Shown here piece by piece: positions 25,655 through 40,600 of a stretch of 57,362 nucleotides of DNA. A model generated the notes under the pieces. The model worked only from the letters and a program-made list of their open reading frames with translations, was not told where the DNA came from and searched no databases. Positions within the stretch are counted from its first letter, which is position 1. Each line of letters starts with the position of its first letter. The stretch comes from Paraspadella gotoi. Lineage: Eukaryota > Animalia > Chaetognatha. The stretch is taken from NCBI GenBank assembly GCA_051294375.1, contig CM119266.1:24496922-24554283 (forward strand). Reading direction: 5' to 3'. The translations under genes were made by a program, and so were the position numbers.

Positions 25655-28600
25655 GCCATAAAAGGCGATTCATCGGTCGGAAGATCAAAGAGTTATTCAC
25701 TGCCGCCGCCGACCCACCAACAATGAGACAGACAGACATTCAGACAGACAGACAAGACGCGTTCATGCAATCGCGTCGATGAAGTCACGTCACGATGAGC
25801 CTTTTCGTTTCTCGTTGGACGCCAATCAATATTGCAAAAGTCAAACTGCACTTAGGCTATTTTCTTTCTTAATGTCCTCGCGCCACCCGGATGTAATGGA
25901 GCGAAGCAACGACGAATTTGTAAGATTCTTAGTTACATCCGTCTTACCAGTTTCGCAGCATTTCTGAGTGTTTGAAGACCCTCGGATTTCCTCCGTCAAG
26001 AGTTTATTCTTGACGGTGGTCACTTTATCAGTTGGTTCACTTGTCTCGCCGCCGGCGACAGACTTTTCCTTTTATTTTTTGTCTATTGAAGAACTTACCC
26101 TGCTTAACTTAGTCCTTAGTGTTCTGCATAATGTAGCAGTTGTCGACATCACCTGTTAAAAATTAATCAAAGATGAGGATAACTTGGGGAAATCGCTGAA
26201 CTCATTTATTTAAGTCCAGGCTCAATAAATGAGAGGTGAACGAAAAAGGTTTTCGATAATTCGCCGCGCTTACAAAAATTTTATAAATAAATTATTTTTA
26301 AATAATTAATAAATAAATTAATAAATAAATTAATTAATTTTTAAATAATTAATAAATAAATTTTATAAATTTTAAAAATACATATATTCAAATGCTAATC
26401 TCAAATGAGCTTTTGTTTTAAAATCGTCTACGAAGGAGATGGCAGCACGTTCTTGCTCTCAGAAGCGAAGCAACAGCTGCAATCTTGATGCTTTTTCGCT
26501 TGCGTCCTTTTAAAGCTGCAGCTCCTTTTCTTTGTAGTTGCTGGCGCAGGATAAGATATTTTAGATACAGCTTTTCTTAAAGGCTTTATTAAAAATTTCA
26601 AATACTTTATTTCAAATTATTTAGATTTAATGATAAGATTTAAAGATATTATAGTACCAATGTTTTAATGTATCCAGTAATCAGGGACAAAGGCTTGTTT
26701 TTTTTTAAATAGTAGTTAAGTTAAAATGGATACATCTGTATAATTTTAAAATAAGTAAATTACTATTAAGTAATTCTGCTCCACACTAATTCGTTTTTAT
26801 GAAAAATAGTCAGGAAAATACTTATTTTCTAACTTTTTATCCGAAAGTTGCTTCATATCTTTTGTTTAGTTGTTTCTTCGTAGTCAGATTGAGGGCAGAA
26901 GTAATCAACCTCGCAAACCTCCTTTTTTTTTCAACAAATGATCATCGACGAAATCATGTTCGAAACGCAGAGAAGAATAAATAAATTTAATTAAATCCGC
27001 AAATTGAATAATGAACTTTTAACTGGAGAAGAAACTTTCCGAATAAAAGCACAAACTGTAGCGTTCGGATGATATTCATGTTATTCATCCAATTCCCAAA
27101 AGCAGAAAAAAAAAGTAAATACGCATTCCTTTCGCAAAGGCCAACGGGATTTTCTCCAATCCAAAATGGCAAAAGGGATTTTTCGACAAAACGGCAAAAG
27201 GGATACTTTTTTTTTTCTGTATTCAGGGAACGGAACCCGAGAACCGGAACAAAGAATCGAATGGAAAAATCCTCGCGACGACCGTTAGCGTCAAACCGGA
27301 AATGGAAAAGCGACGTTTGTGGGGGAGGAGGGTGGGTGGGTGGAATGTGGGAGAGTGGGTGCGCAGGTGGTGGAGTGGGAGATGGGTGGGCAGGTGGTGG
27401 AGTTGTGGAGAGTGGGTGGCAGGTGGTGGAGTGTGGGGAGAGTGGGTTGGCAGGTGGTGGAGTGTGGAGAGAGTGGGCAGGTGGTGGAGTGTGGGGAGAG
27501 TGGGTTGGCAGGTGGTGGAGAGTGGGCAGAGTGGGTGAGCAGGTGGTAGAGTGTGGGCAGAGTGGGAGTGGAGTCGGTTTGGGGAGAAGGGTTGAAATAG
27601 AGAAATAGCGAATTGCATTGGTTACTATGGGAATTTGAGTTCTTTTTTTTTTTAGAAATGTGGGATCCATTTGGCATGTTGATGTAAGAATAATAAAAAG
27701 AATCCAAAAGAATAATGTGTCGAGAGAAGGAATAAATTATTAATGGCAAAACGTTGGAATGTTAGAAAATGAAATTGAGCCGATCAAAGTAAATGGCGAC
27801 CATGCCAAGCACTGAACTGCAATGCGCTGCACTGCACAGAGTTCCTTTTTAATTGCTATATTTCAATATCTTTACACAACGAAACCTAAACAAACGACAC
27901 TGGTCCCTGTCAAGACAATATCAAGGCAAGGATTGAGCATTGAGCACTCCAACAACAGAAAGAAAATTCTAATATTTAACCTGTCCTGAGTCAGAGATAC
28001 GATAGCTTATTTGTATTGTTAGTTTGACAGTTGAAATTTATCCAAGAATTGGATGTAAACAGTCACGAATTAAAAGTGTAACAAAGCTTTTTTTTCCTTC
28101 TCTGCCTATATATTTATTCAGACCCTACATTTAAAACTTAGTCTTCCACCCGACAGATGGCGCGACAACGGATATTTTCTTGTCTGTCGAACAAAAGACT
28201 CTCAAATTCTCAATCGCAGCGAAGGTCGCGTCTCTCTCGCGCCCAACGAATAAATCACGAATGAAAAAGACAGAATCAATTTTTTTTTCTCGACATTGAC
28301 TGACGTTTCGTCGCCAAAGATTCGCGAAGCAGAAGGAACCGAAAAAAAGAGGAAATTTATTCAACTCAAAGATTTTTTAACCATTTTTTATTTCGAGAAA
28401 TTTTTTAATGCAAATCCACTTTATTTTTGTTGAAAATTTAGTTTAAAAAAGAAAATTTTCCATATACAGTAGCCTTACACATTGTGTAATACAAATAAAG
28501 ATGGTGTAATATACAATTATAATTCCAAATCCAAGCCCAATGGGCGTGACTTATTTCCTGATTCCGACCACTTATAACGTCTTTTCTGAGATTTCCTCTA

Positions 28601-29457
28601 CCCCTGTTCCTTTCCATTTATACACTATATCTCCCTCCATTTGAATTTCCCTTCCTCCCATGCTTTTTTTACCTTTTTTTTACCTTGCTTCCCTCTTTTT
28701 TTTTACTTTGCTTCTCACGTTTCTTATTATTATAATCCTCTCTCTACCCTTGTGCTTCGTTTTCCATTGCCCTTATCCTCGTAGTCCCTCTTAGTTTTTC
28801 CCTTCTCTCATCGTTTTACCCTTTCTCTTCCCCCTTCCTATCTTCCCATTACATCCTTCATCCCCCTCTCCTTTCCTCTACCCTCTCTCCCTTCCTCTAC
28901 CCTCTATCCCTTCCTCTCCCCTCTCTTCCTTCCTCTCCCCTCTCTCCCTACCTCTCCTCCCCCAGCGACTGACTTGATTATGCAAATCCCTTTGATAAGA
29001 TTCGGTCGACGTCGCAGGAGCTCAAATCGGCGCCGCGAGACAAAAGCCAAGCCGACGCTGGAAAGCGGCGCTGCGGCGACGTTGGCAGGGGGAGCGGAGT
29101 CGGCGCAGGGAGATGGAGGAGTGAGACGGGCGGAGTGAGGGAGGGACAGGCGGCATCATGGAAAGCTGGCGTCGGCAGGAGGGAGGGCGTTGCCTCGAGC
29201 AAAAACCGTTGGCGGTGGCGGTAGCAGTGGCCGCGGCGTCCTTGCTAGTTGCGAGGGATAACCTAAAATAAGCAGATAGAAACTGAAAATAGTGATAACT
29301 ATAAACGCTGTCGGAGATACTTTACTTTTGAAAAGTATTATTATTTCCTTTCCAACATTCGTTAGTTTTTTTCATTGCTTTATATCTCGTTATATTTCTT
29401 TCTGTTGACAAATAAATCTTTCTTTCTTTCCTATAAATTTTCTCTTGTATATTGCCG
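22232..29457 (-). repeat. Right arm of the ~7.2 kb inverted duplication (partner 10749-18011)
   Basis: Reverse complement of the left arm, differing by small indels, a few substitutions and microsatellite length. Confidence 0.95.
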
Positions 29458-30165
29458 TCTCCGAGGCTCAACAAGCTTTGTTCAGCATTGTTCACTTGTC
29501 AGCCTTATTCAATGTTCAGCCATTTCACTATCATAATTTTCGTTTGTCATTTTTCACCTCGACTTACTAAAACTAAAAAAATTAACTATTTTTTCTTCTT
29601 GCTCAGGTTGCGAAATGAAAACTCAAATATAATTAAATTATAAATCCTTTCTATCTTTAGGGCGTAAAAATTCGTGAAAAACGTGAAAATTCGTGAAATC
29701 CATAATGCTTTTATTTTTATTTTTATTTCGTTTTATGGAGCCCTTTATTTCTAAAATTCGTTTTCACATTCACGCAAAACTAAACTTTTTCACATTTTCT
29801 CACTCAATCATTTCATGTACTTTCTTTTCCCTCACTCATCTTTTTCAAGACCTCATGATTGACCCGGAGTCGTTACCATTAAATCTGACGACCTCTCTTC
29901 TATTTTTTCACTTTAAAATTACTCCCTTCTTCCTCGTTCTCGTTTCATAACTTCCCTTCCTATCCCGTTCACAAATATACCTTCACACTCTCCTCCCTTA
30001 ATCCCTTCCTTTGTTTCTCACCTCACCTCTATTCAGATCTCTCTCTCTCCCACTTTTAATTTCTTCCCTCTTTCTCTCTCTCGCTCTTCCCGCCAGATGG
30101 CAGTTTTACGGCGCTCAACCTCGCGAAGGCCGCCAACGAAAAATAGGGCGAGAGATGGATTCAAG

Positions 30166-30223
<58 letters not shown>

Positions 30224-31836
30224 GCTGGCAGACCTACACCATCGTCTCCATTATTCCTCTTCCTCATCCTACTCTTGTTGAATTACAATAACTCAGATCC
30301 TCATTGGTTCTCTTTAAATCCCAACTGAATTCCCGGCCACGGGGAGAGAGAGAGCAGTTGAAGGAGAGAGGAGAGAGGAGAGAGAGAGAGGGGGGTGTGA
30401 AGATGTGGGAGCGAGAGACAGAGAGGGGGCAGAGGGCCCTCTTCGTTGTTTATTATTCAGCTTGGGTCTTTTTTTTGACAGGTCGTTAAAATATCTTTTG
30501 AGATTAAACAATTTTCTCGTTATTTTATCAAACTTAAATGATAAAAATTAAAAGATTATTAGTTTTGTTTTGGCTATACTTACACTTTCTGATTTATTAT
30601 TAATTTAAAAATTTAAAGATATGTTACCAAGAGAGGACATCATTATGAAATGGCGGTAACGTTCATTAACATAGTTAATATACTTTCTGTCCTATGTTAT
30701 TAGATTATTAAATACGTAGCATTTCTAGTATATTACAAATATTTTATTCACAACTACGAAAATATAAAACTCCAAGATGAATACCATCTCGTCGTACCAT
30801 CAAGTTTTCGGATGTTTGTTTTCATCATTTAGAACTGTAAATAAATTTGAATATTTTTCACGACAATATTCACGACGATTTTTGCATAATAAACATTTTC
30901 TTTTAAGAATTCATTACCTATTTTACTTTTTACATTATGTAATATTGTGATAAGTTATTACGTTAGTAGGCCCTAAAAGAACAATAGATGTCTCCTCTGC
31001 GAAGCACAAAACAGAAACTAAGCACAGGAGATGCAAGCATAATTCCTAAGCGGCGACGCAGTAACGGTTTTAGCTCAGCTGGAAATTGTCGGCAGCAGCG
31101 ATTTCACTGAAAAAATATGCAGATTCAAACTGAACTAAACCTTTGATTCTTGAGCTACGGTGTAGAGAGGTTGGTAATAATAACGGTTAGCAATACCCGA
31201 GGGAAAATCAATAAAATTACTTATTTTTTTGGGAAATTAAGTTTTTATTTTTATATATTTTATGACAAAGTTGTTTCCGCTAAAGACAGCGAGGGACAAC
31301 AGTAAGGAAGATAATTTCAACGCAATTTTTTTTTCTCTCTACTCTAGTATTTTTTATTACCACCGTCAGATATAAATTCGTTTAGAACGAAAATACGTTG
31401 AAAAAAAAACCCCAGACCGATTTGCGAATATAGCTTATATAACTATGCACTCATTTTTGTCCAAAGAAGACATAAAAAGAGGAATATATTTAAACTTTCG
31501 ATGCATCGATTTCAACCATAAAAAAGTAACGAGATGTTGTTAGAGACGAAGAAATGTTTTCGTCTTTTGAATAATTTATTCGAATAATTTATTTTAAAAC
31601 AGCGTGAGTACTGGTTTTAAGACGAGGGAGGGAATGAAGGAGGAGAATAGTAATAAAACGCTTTGGGTATTTTTTTTTAAGTTTTTTTTTTCTTATTGGT
31701 ATTATTGTGATTATCCTCGCGGTCGTGACGGAATTTTTAACAGTGAGGCTGAAATCGCGTGTGAAGACTGAACAATCGAAGTTTTTTGAGTGAAGATGTC
31801 ATCATCGTGCGTCACTGCATTCGTCTGTCGATAGAT

Positions 31837-31885
<49 letters not shown>

Positions 31886-32690
31886 AAGAGAGAGAGAGAG
31901 AGAGAGAGGGAAGAGACGTTGGCGGCATCGGATCCCTGTTGACAGTGGTTCCTATTACGAATCCCGGATTTACAAGTGTTACGACAGTTACGATTCAGCC
32001 AGTCGATCTGTAATCGTAACTCAAAAACGACGATGACGACGACGACGACGACGATGATGATGAAATCATCGACGACAGCAACGACGACGTCGACGACGAA
32101 TCAATGATCATGAATTTAAACGATTCCTACTCGACACCGTCATGTCTGACAACACGTGGCCCGTTTCATGCGAGAGAGAAAAAGCAAATAGAGAGTGAGA
32201 GAAAAGAGAGAGTGAGATCTTTTTTTCTTTTTGCCGTGAGTGATATGTAAGTAACGCGACAACATTGACGAAAATCTCATTTAAAAAACTATAACTATCC
32301 AAGGACTAACTCGGGAAGTAATTTAACAGGGAAAATTTTACGGCAAAAGAGGAGAAAATTGTTTTAGGTTAAGGGAAAAAAAAGAACAAAGACTTCACTG
32401 ACAGAAGAGAGAGAGAGAGAGAGAGAGAAGACGCGAGCAGAGAGGAGAACTATGCCGATAGAGCATGAGAGAAGAGTGAGAGACGAGAGGCAGAGAGAGA
32501 GAGAGCGAGAGAGAATGATTCTTGACATTGAATGAGGGTGAAATCATTTTGACGGCGACTACAACGACAACGATCCAGGGACGGGGCTTCTTCTTCTTCT
32601 TCTCCACCGCCGGCGTGCTGGCGGCGAGTTGTACTACTGTATAACTGTGACATAACTGTTCCGACCTCAATAAGCCTAAACGACGTCGGC

Positions 32691-32782
32691 GCTTTTGAAC
32701 TCGCCGCCGAGCCGGCGGACATCAAAGGGATTTCCCCCGCTCCTCCGCCGCCGCCGCCAACGTACTTTCTTATGATTTACGA
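32691..32782. promoter_or_regulatory. Candidate Wnt-response element with a Pbx/posterior-Hox site
   Basis: CTTTTGAA 32692, GCCGCCG 32703, ACATCAAAGG 32719, GCCGCCGCCGCCA 32747, ATGATTTACGA 32772. Confidence 0.4.
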
Positions 32783-33357
32783 GACCAGGAGGAATGGAGA
32801 GAGAAAGAGCGAGAGAGAGAGAGAGCGAGAGAGAGTGAGGGGAAGGTTTTTGCGGGGGGCGGGCTGTTATGAGAGGATGGGTGGTGAGAGAGATCGGGGT
32901 GGCGGACGTGGATGAGAGGTGGGAGTCGAAGGTGACAGGGAAAAGACTCAAGGGTGAGGACGTGAGGTCTGCGAAAAGTAAGTTACACGAATTAAAGAAC
33001 GAGTTAGTTTAAAAATCAGTTATTTCACAAGTGGCTAAAAAAGTAAGTTAATTAAATAGTTGAAATCGAAAGTAAAAGAGAAAGACATTTAACGAGTCAA
33101 TTTCGTGAGCGAGAGATTTTCCGAAAGAGGGTAGGGTTTTTTTTTCTTAGTCATTTTATTTTTAAAGATGAGCTTCGTTTAATGAAATGTTTTTTGTCAC
33201 TTTTCTCTCTGTTTTGATTCAATTCACTTTTGCTTCTGTCACAGTCGAGGATGGTAATTGTCAGAAAAAAATTGAAAGAGAAAACCGTCAAGTTTTTTTT
33301 TCAATTTTTTATTGCAGGCTGCCCGGTTCTTTCTTGATCGCGGCTCTACCCTCTATT

Positions 33358-33400
<43 letters not shown>

Positions 33401-34680
33401 TAAATCAATAAAACTGAGTCAGAAATTGTTGATATCTCGAGTGTTGGTCATAACAGTCAAACCGAGAAGGCGAGTCAGGATTTACGGGTTTCGGATTCTT
33501 GCTGCTCGAATCGGGGTGTGAGGGAAGGAATAAGACAAACAAAAGATTCACCCGAAGCCGAAAAAAAAATGGGGAAAGTGGAGAAAAATGTGGAAAATTT
33601 AAAAAAAAATAATAAATTAGAAAAGAAACAAAAATTCAAAAAAAAAAAATCCGAAACGATATTTCAAATTTTAAATTCAATTCAAATTTATCTCCCTCTT
33701 GCGTTTTTCTTAAATCTTCTGTCGCATCGCAAATGTTGGAGTTTTTTCTTCTCTTTTTATCTTTGGTCTTTTTGCATATATCACAACCGAACAAGACCGA
33801 AATGCTTTTTTAAGCGCATAATTATATTCAATTAATTTAATTTAATTAAAACTTGAAAATGCTGTCGTTAAACGGAGAAGAAGACATATATCAGAAGAAG
33901 CGAAATTCGAGGGAACGAAAATTATTGAAATTATTTAAAATTTTCAGTCTTTAAAAAAAAAAAAACATTGACAAGTTAGTAAACTCAAGATCGGAACCTG
34001 GTAAACTTTGTACATTGCGACCTTCGTTCAGATTTTTTGTGTATAATTAACGAGCGAATGTTTTTTTCAAAGTTAAACTTGAGATCGGTGAACGCAAACA
34101 CGCACTCTTTCTAGTTGACTTTTATGAAATAAAGCGAAAAGAGAACCACCTAGATGGTCGTGTAACGAAAGAGTAACGTTGGACGTGGTGCTGGAGGGGT
34201 AAAATCCCTGCACAAGCATTACCAATGGCTAATTTTCCCGAACGCCGCCCATTGTACAAATCCTTGAGCATATATTAACATCTGTTTTTAATTGTAACGG
34301 AAACGTTTTTTGTTTACTGAGCCTCGCGCAATCGGCATCTGCTTTCTCTCGTCCATTCAACTTGTACACCTGTCTCAAAACGAAAAACGAAAAAAACGAC
34401 GACGACGACAACAACCAAGACGACGACAGGTTGCGATATTTTTTCCCACCGAATGTCATTCATCTTCCCGCGCGCGCCGAGCGTCAGACGTCCCCCCCTT
34501 TCCTCCTTTTGTTTTTGAAAACGAAGTTATGATTAGTTAACTTTAAATTTTTTGCTGTCGTTTCTTTTCGATTTTATTCCGGAATTTTTTTCTGTTTTGC
34601 TTATTATGTTGAGTTGTATAATCTGTTGATTTGTTGATGGTAAATAAAACGTAAATAGATGAGCAGCACTTTCAACACAA

Positions 34681-37600
34681 CCCCAGGTATAATTAAGATG
34701 TATGGAAATAGCATACATGTCATAGGATCATAGCCAGGGCTTCAGAAATGACAGTAAATGAGTTAAAACTCTGAAAAAAAAAAGACATGCCAATTCTTCT
34801 TAAAGCTGCCACTGCGCTCATTAATAATGAGCAATCACAGGCCACGTCTTGCCATGCAAACATTCACAATGATCACAGGCGTTAAAACTCGCCATGCATT
34901 GCAGAAATGTAAGATCACAGGCTTAACCATATCAAATAAAATTACAAAAATAATTATGATTTAAAATAGTTGTAAAATTACTAACCTATTCAATACAATA
35001 AATCTTTTGGCATTACAATAGAATGGTTAAGTAGTAAGCGTAACCCGACAATACGAGACTGTAAACACCGCAAGAAATTGTATAAGATCCAGCTTAATGT
35101 GGTACAAAAGCTTCTGATCCTACATCTAAGTGCTTCCATATGCTAATGTCTAAACCTTTCTATAGCAAAATACACAATAAGGATCATAAATTTTGCGCAG
35201 CGTTGACTGCCGGATTTGTCCCAAGCGGATCATAAGTTATAAATAATTTTTTGTCAAAAATCTAATACATATAAATCCAATGCGATTCCAATTCAAGAAA
35301 AAACACCAATTATTTAGAAAATTCTATACTTTGAACTAACAATCATGCCTAATAAACCTCAAATGTATACTAGATTCTGGGGGGTATGTTATACGCACAT
35401 GAAACTTATGTTTTAAAGACCATAGATAAACATAGCATCAAGTCTGAATAGAGTGTACACAGAATAAAAAAAAGCATCAATAACAACATTAGAAAATGGT
35501 TTTGATCTATAATACTGGTTTAATATGCTTTGAGTTAATTGTTACTGTCCAATGTTTTTGGAAAAATGGAATAACCAAATTAGAAATACTTTGGTTTTCA
35601 AATACCAGTACATTTCAGTTCTAATGGTTGAAAAAACTTCATCATATGAAAATTTTTTGTATTCCATAAATTTCAACAGCACAAGGCCGATTATTTTCAA
35701 AACAAACACATGGCTATCAACCTGTGTTTAAGGTAATGCATCTTTTGTGTCAAACAATTTTACAAAACAATCATTACGGTACATAAAAACCGCCATTTTT
35801 TTAAAATTACCCTTGTACAAGGAATCAATCTTAATATACAGTTTTGATAATTTTTATTTATTTTCCATATTCTGTCAATATTATTTAAAAGAAGCTCAAG
35901 TTCTTCACCTCACCATAGGATGAATAATGTATACAATTTCAGGAATACGAGTAATTTGAAAACTTTCAACCATTTAAAATGTGTGCACATTGAAATGAGT
36001 AAAGATGCCAAGTGCTTTTAATTTTAAATAATAATCATTATTTATAATAGATACAGCATTAGCGTAGGAATCTTTCACTAACAACAAATAACTTGAACAA
36101 TCTTTTCAAAAGATCTAACCTCAACTGTAAACCCTATAGTTGCTAATATCAATTTCGAACAACTTTTTAAAAGAAATCCAATCTTTCAAATTTAATTCTT
36201 GTACACAATTATTTTCTAGCAAAACAAACATTATGGTCCTGTAAATTTTAGTTTCATAATCTAACTAGTAATAATATTTTTGAAAAACACACATTTAATT
36301 TTTTTTAAAAAAGTATTTTAATTCTGTATACATTAACACCATCTCTTTCAAAGAGAATATAACAATTTTCTGACATGCTTTTCGAATCTGGGCTATCCTT
36401 TTTAAAATTTTTTAGAATCTTCATTATAAAACTTCATAACACTGCTTATCATCATTATAAAGATAATTAATAAAAAATGACCACAGTTATCATATCCTTG
36501 AACAATATAGCTCCCATAAATGAAAGAGATTTCCTTATGAAAATTTTAACATTTAAATTTAAATCAAGTTGAACTTTCTCATTTGCTACTGTCACATAAT
36601 CATTATGTTGTAACCAATTCCTTCCATTCGAATTTAATAGATTCGAAGGAATTTAACAAAACTCTGAAGATAACATGCATTTTTTATTTTTGCAATGATC
36701 ACAAATATATGTTAAAAAGTGGTGTATCAAAAAATTGATTTGAATCATTTGGTTAAGGAAAAAGAATGCTAGCTGGTATGTAATGAAAAGTCAGTATTTT
36801 CTTGTTCATTTTTATATTCACAAGAATTGCATTAATAGTTTGCTTTAATTTTAATCGTTCACTAATCATAACATTTAGTACAGGTTCTAAAGTATATTGT
36901 AACTGTTTAGTTCGGTCGTTATAAACTTCTTTAAAAAAACATCATGAAGTTTTTTTTACTTTATCATTTTTAATAAATTATATCATAATCTATTATAATG
37001 AGCTTCAAGAATCATTTCATAAAAACAACGATGAAATAAAGATCACTACTTGAATTTATAATAAATCATAATATCAGAGTTTAGGGAAAAGGAATTACTT
37101 GATAAATTAAAAGCAGCCCATAGAGCTAACACTGTTGACCTAGATTTTCATACAAAAACAAAGGGACCGATTTTCCTTATGAGAATCGTATCATCCTGGA
37201 CAAAATTATCTTTATATTGCTCACTTAATGAATTTAACCTTTCTTTTTCTTGTTTAAATACTTCGGGGGCATTTAATTCTGAATCATAGAATGCTACGCT
37301 TTTTAGCCACTATTTTACTGAATAGGTAATAAATTTTCAAGTAAATAATAAACAATGAATGGATTATAGTCTGTTGAAGTTTAATCACTGAATTATCTAA
37401 TCTTTTTTTCCCTCTAAAAGGCCTTTAAATAATTTATTCCTATTTTTCATCTGACATTGTTGGTAAAAATCAGCAAAGCTACTTGATCGCAAACTATCAC
37501 GTTAGTTTCCCAAATTTAACTTTGAAATTTTAAAATTCATATCAGATCTAATGACAAAGGTATGTCGATTAATGATTGCCAGTAAAAATGCCAGTATGGA

Positions 37601-40600
37601 TTGGCATGCTTGTCCAATTATCAATATAATACGTAAAAATTTCTGGTAATTTAAGTTACATTAACTGTTCCTTCCACACTTTGTTCTGTTCTTCTATTTT
37701 GTTTTTTTAAAAGTAATATATCTTTTTAAAGGGCGAATCTCGTAGGGGCAATTTAACGGAATATTTTGTTCTGACAATGCTTCATTTTCTTATTTTTAAC
37801 AAATGTTTTTTTTTAAATTCTAATGTAGCAAACTTATTCTAATATTTAAAAATTTTCAGTAAACTCATCTTTTGACTTTTCAAAAACGTAAATCTTTAAC
37901 GGTTACTTAATGCAATAACATCATAACTCTAACAGTATTTAAATCTGAGTATGTACGACAAGAGGATAATACCCTTGCAGCAGACAGTAAAATTTTTGAA
38001 CAGCTTTGTCAACTTTTAATTGAATAAGCTTTTTTTTTTATATTTTGAAAATAATGAAGTAACACAGTTGTAAAAAGGGCTTATCTATGTCTTCAGTAGT
38101 TGCTACATTGTAGCTATTCTATAAAATCCTTTTTATAAATTCGCCTACTGTTTCATTGCAAAAAACATTTAAAATGGCAAAAAATAATTCGCAAATGACT
38201 ATTCAGTTTTGAAACATTTTTGGAACACTATCAATTCCCATATCATCTAGCTTATTTTTAATTAGCTTTAAAAATAACCCTATTTGTTCTTTTGTTTGTA
38301 AGGACAAGAAACTTCCAGCAAATGATATTGGAGCATTCCTTTTATAGGGTTTTGGCACTGACAGCTGATAGAGCTCAGTTTTTTTTCCATGATATGTTCT
38401 GACACAAATCTCCTGTCCATCTATACAGATTTGAATAAATACATCCTAATTGATAGCCTACTTTAAGATGCTCTCACTATAGCAACTATTTGAATGTTAG
38501 GAATTAACTCTAATTTATGTATGTATTAGGATTTCAGAGCCATTTTAACCAATGAAGTTATTAGATCTGGATCCAGCATAATTCTTTTTTCGACCTTCTT
38601 GCAAATCTTTCTAAACACATTCCCTGGAAACAGTAGTTTTACCACTACTTACTTCTTTCAATGTTAATTTAGATTTCTTATTTGTTACAAATTGACTGGG
38701 GGATTCATTTTTATGTTTATCATATATTAGCTGTCTCTCGTTCTTTCGACATACGAGGATTTTGGCTTACCTTCCCTACTATGAACAACATGTAACATGG
38801 CTTGATGATTTCTGGGATCATTTTTTTTGCCAATATAAAATTCTAATGAAATATTTCCTAAAGAATCGACAAGGACTTCTGCACCTAACTCACAAGAAGT
38901 ATTCCGGCATTTGAAAATAGCTTTAATTTGGTTTTTCGTTTCATATATTTGCAGCCATGGCTGCTATAAATACATAATGAATATACGCGTTAGATTCTCG
39001 GATATGCGGAATGTAGTCCCCGAGTTATTATATGGAAGTGTCATCTTTTCTTTTGTGATATTGGTTGCTGAAGTTAGTTCTCTAAAAAGGTCATTTTTAA
39101 AAAGATTACTTTCTGTAGGAAAACCTTTTACATGGCATCCTGATTTTTTTTCAGTACTGTTTGGTATTACTTGCTCAATAATATGCTCTTGGTTTAATTC
39201 TTGGCTATCATTGGATTATCGTCATCTTCTACATTGAAACATTAGATTGGTTCAACCACAGTTTTGAGAATGTCTCCAAAAATGAACAATCATCATCATT
39301 ATTTTTTGATTCTCCCTTTAGAGAATTTTTCTATATGGTCGTTGTTCAAATTAGGTGAATTAATGCATTCTGGATCATTCAAATCTTTAAACATTTCAAC
39401 AGAAATTTGACCAATTCATCGTGGCTATAAGCAGACTCGATTATACCTACATTCACTAATTTTTGTATGAGACATGTCTGAGATTGCTCAGTTTGCTGGG
39501 TTGTTACTCATATAGATGAGTCAACAAAAGATCTACTGGTGTATACGTGATGACTGAAACGAATCCATGCCTTTTTCAATAAAGGCTTATTTAGGCATGA
39601 CAAATGACAAACAAATGCATTCCTTTGTTTTATGCCCTAAACGTGAAATCAATCTCTCTCGGTTAATTTACATCTTTTTCATTTAAGAACAATCTAAACA
39701 AAGATATCTTCTTTGCAGCAGTCACAACTCAGGCAAACGTCTGACTTACGATCACAGGCACAGCAGCATTTTGGTGTTTAACGTTTTTTTATTTGTTTTA
39801 AAAAATTCTGGTGATTGCTTTTGGCATTTTTTTTTTTATACTTGGTTGTAACTTAATTTCACATTCTGAATCAGAGGATTCACCTAGCATTTTCAATCCT
39901 CCACCTATCATTGAAGTTGGTGAATGACATAACAATTTTTTTTTTTGTGAATATGAACTTTTTTCGTAATGGATTTTGATATTTGCAATTCCTCGAATAA
40001 CTTGATTAACACTGTACCAGTGAGCAGTGATGATTAACTGCCCTAGAGACAATTGTACATTTTTCAATTCCTTTTTGTTTTTTTGCCCATTGTATGGCTA
40101 ATTTTGTAGCCTTTACATTGGAGGTTCGAAGTTTAAGAATACTTTTTTTCTCAACAAGAATTTTTTAAAACGCAACCTTGTTTCCTCTGTGTATACCGTA
40201 TGATGAGAATGTCAAAATCAAAACCAGGTTTTTTTATTAATGTGGTAGTTACGTGGTGAACCCTCTCAATTTCCTTTCTTTGCAAAAAACCAAATCGACA
40301 AGGATTTAGGAAAAATGTAATTGTACATACAATACTCATGTCTCGAAAAAAGGGGAATAGACTTGTGATAGAAAACTTGAAGGTTTAGCAGCTATATTAT
40401 TTGCAAGTTTTAGGTGAATCCACGAAATACTATCAGATAAAGTTCGATAATAATTTTTTTTGTTTTGGAATCTGAAATAAAAATTTTAAAAGTATAATGA
40501 TCTCGACAAGCTTCACTGATAAAACATTGAACATAATAAAGTGTAGTGATGTAATATCACTACCCGTTGATACGACTTTTTTCCATCAGCGTCCTAATAG

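Noticed and set aside
31066-31141. tRNA gene
   Set aside because: An A box is present but there is no canonical T-loop, anticodon arm or acceptor geometry.
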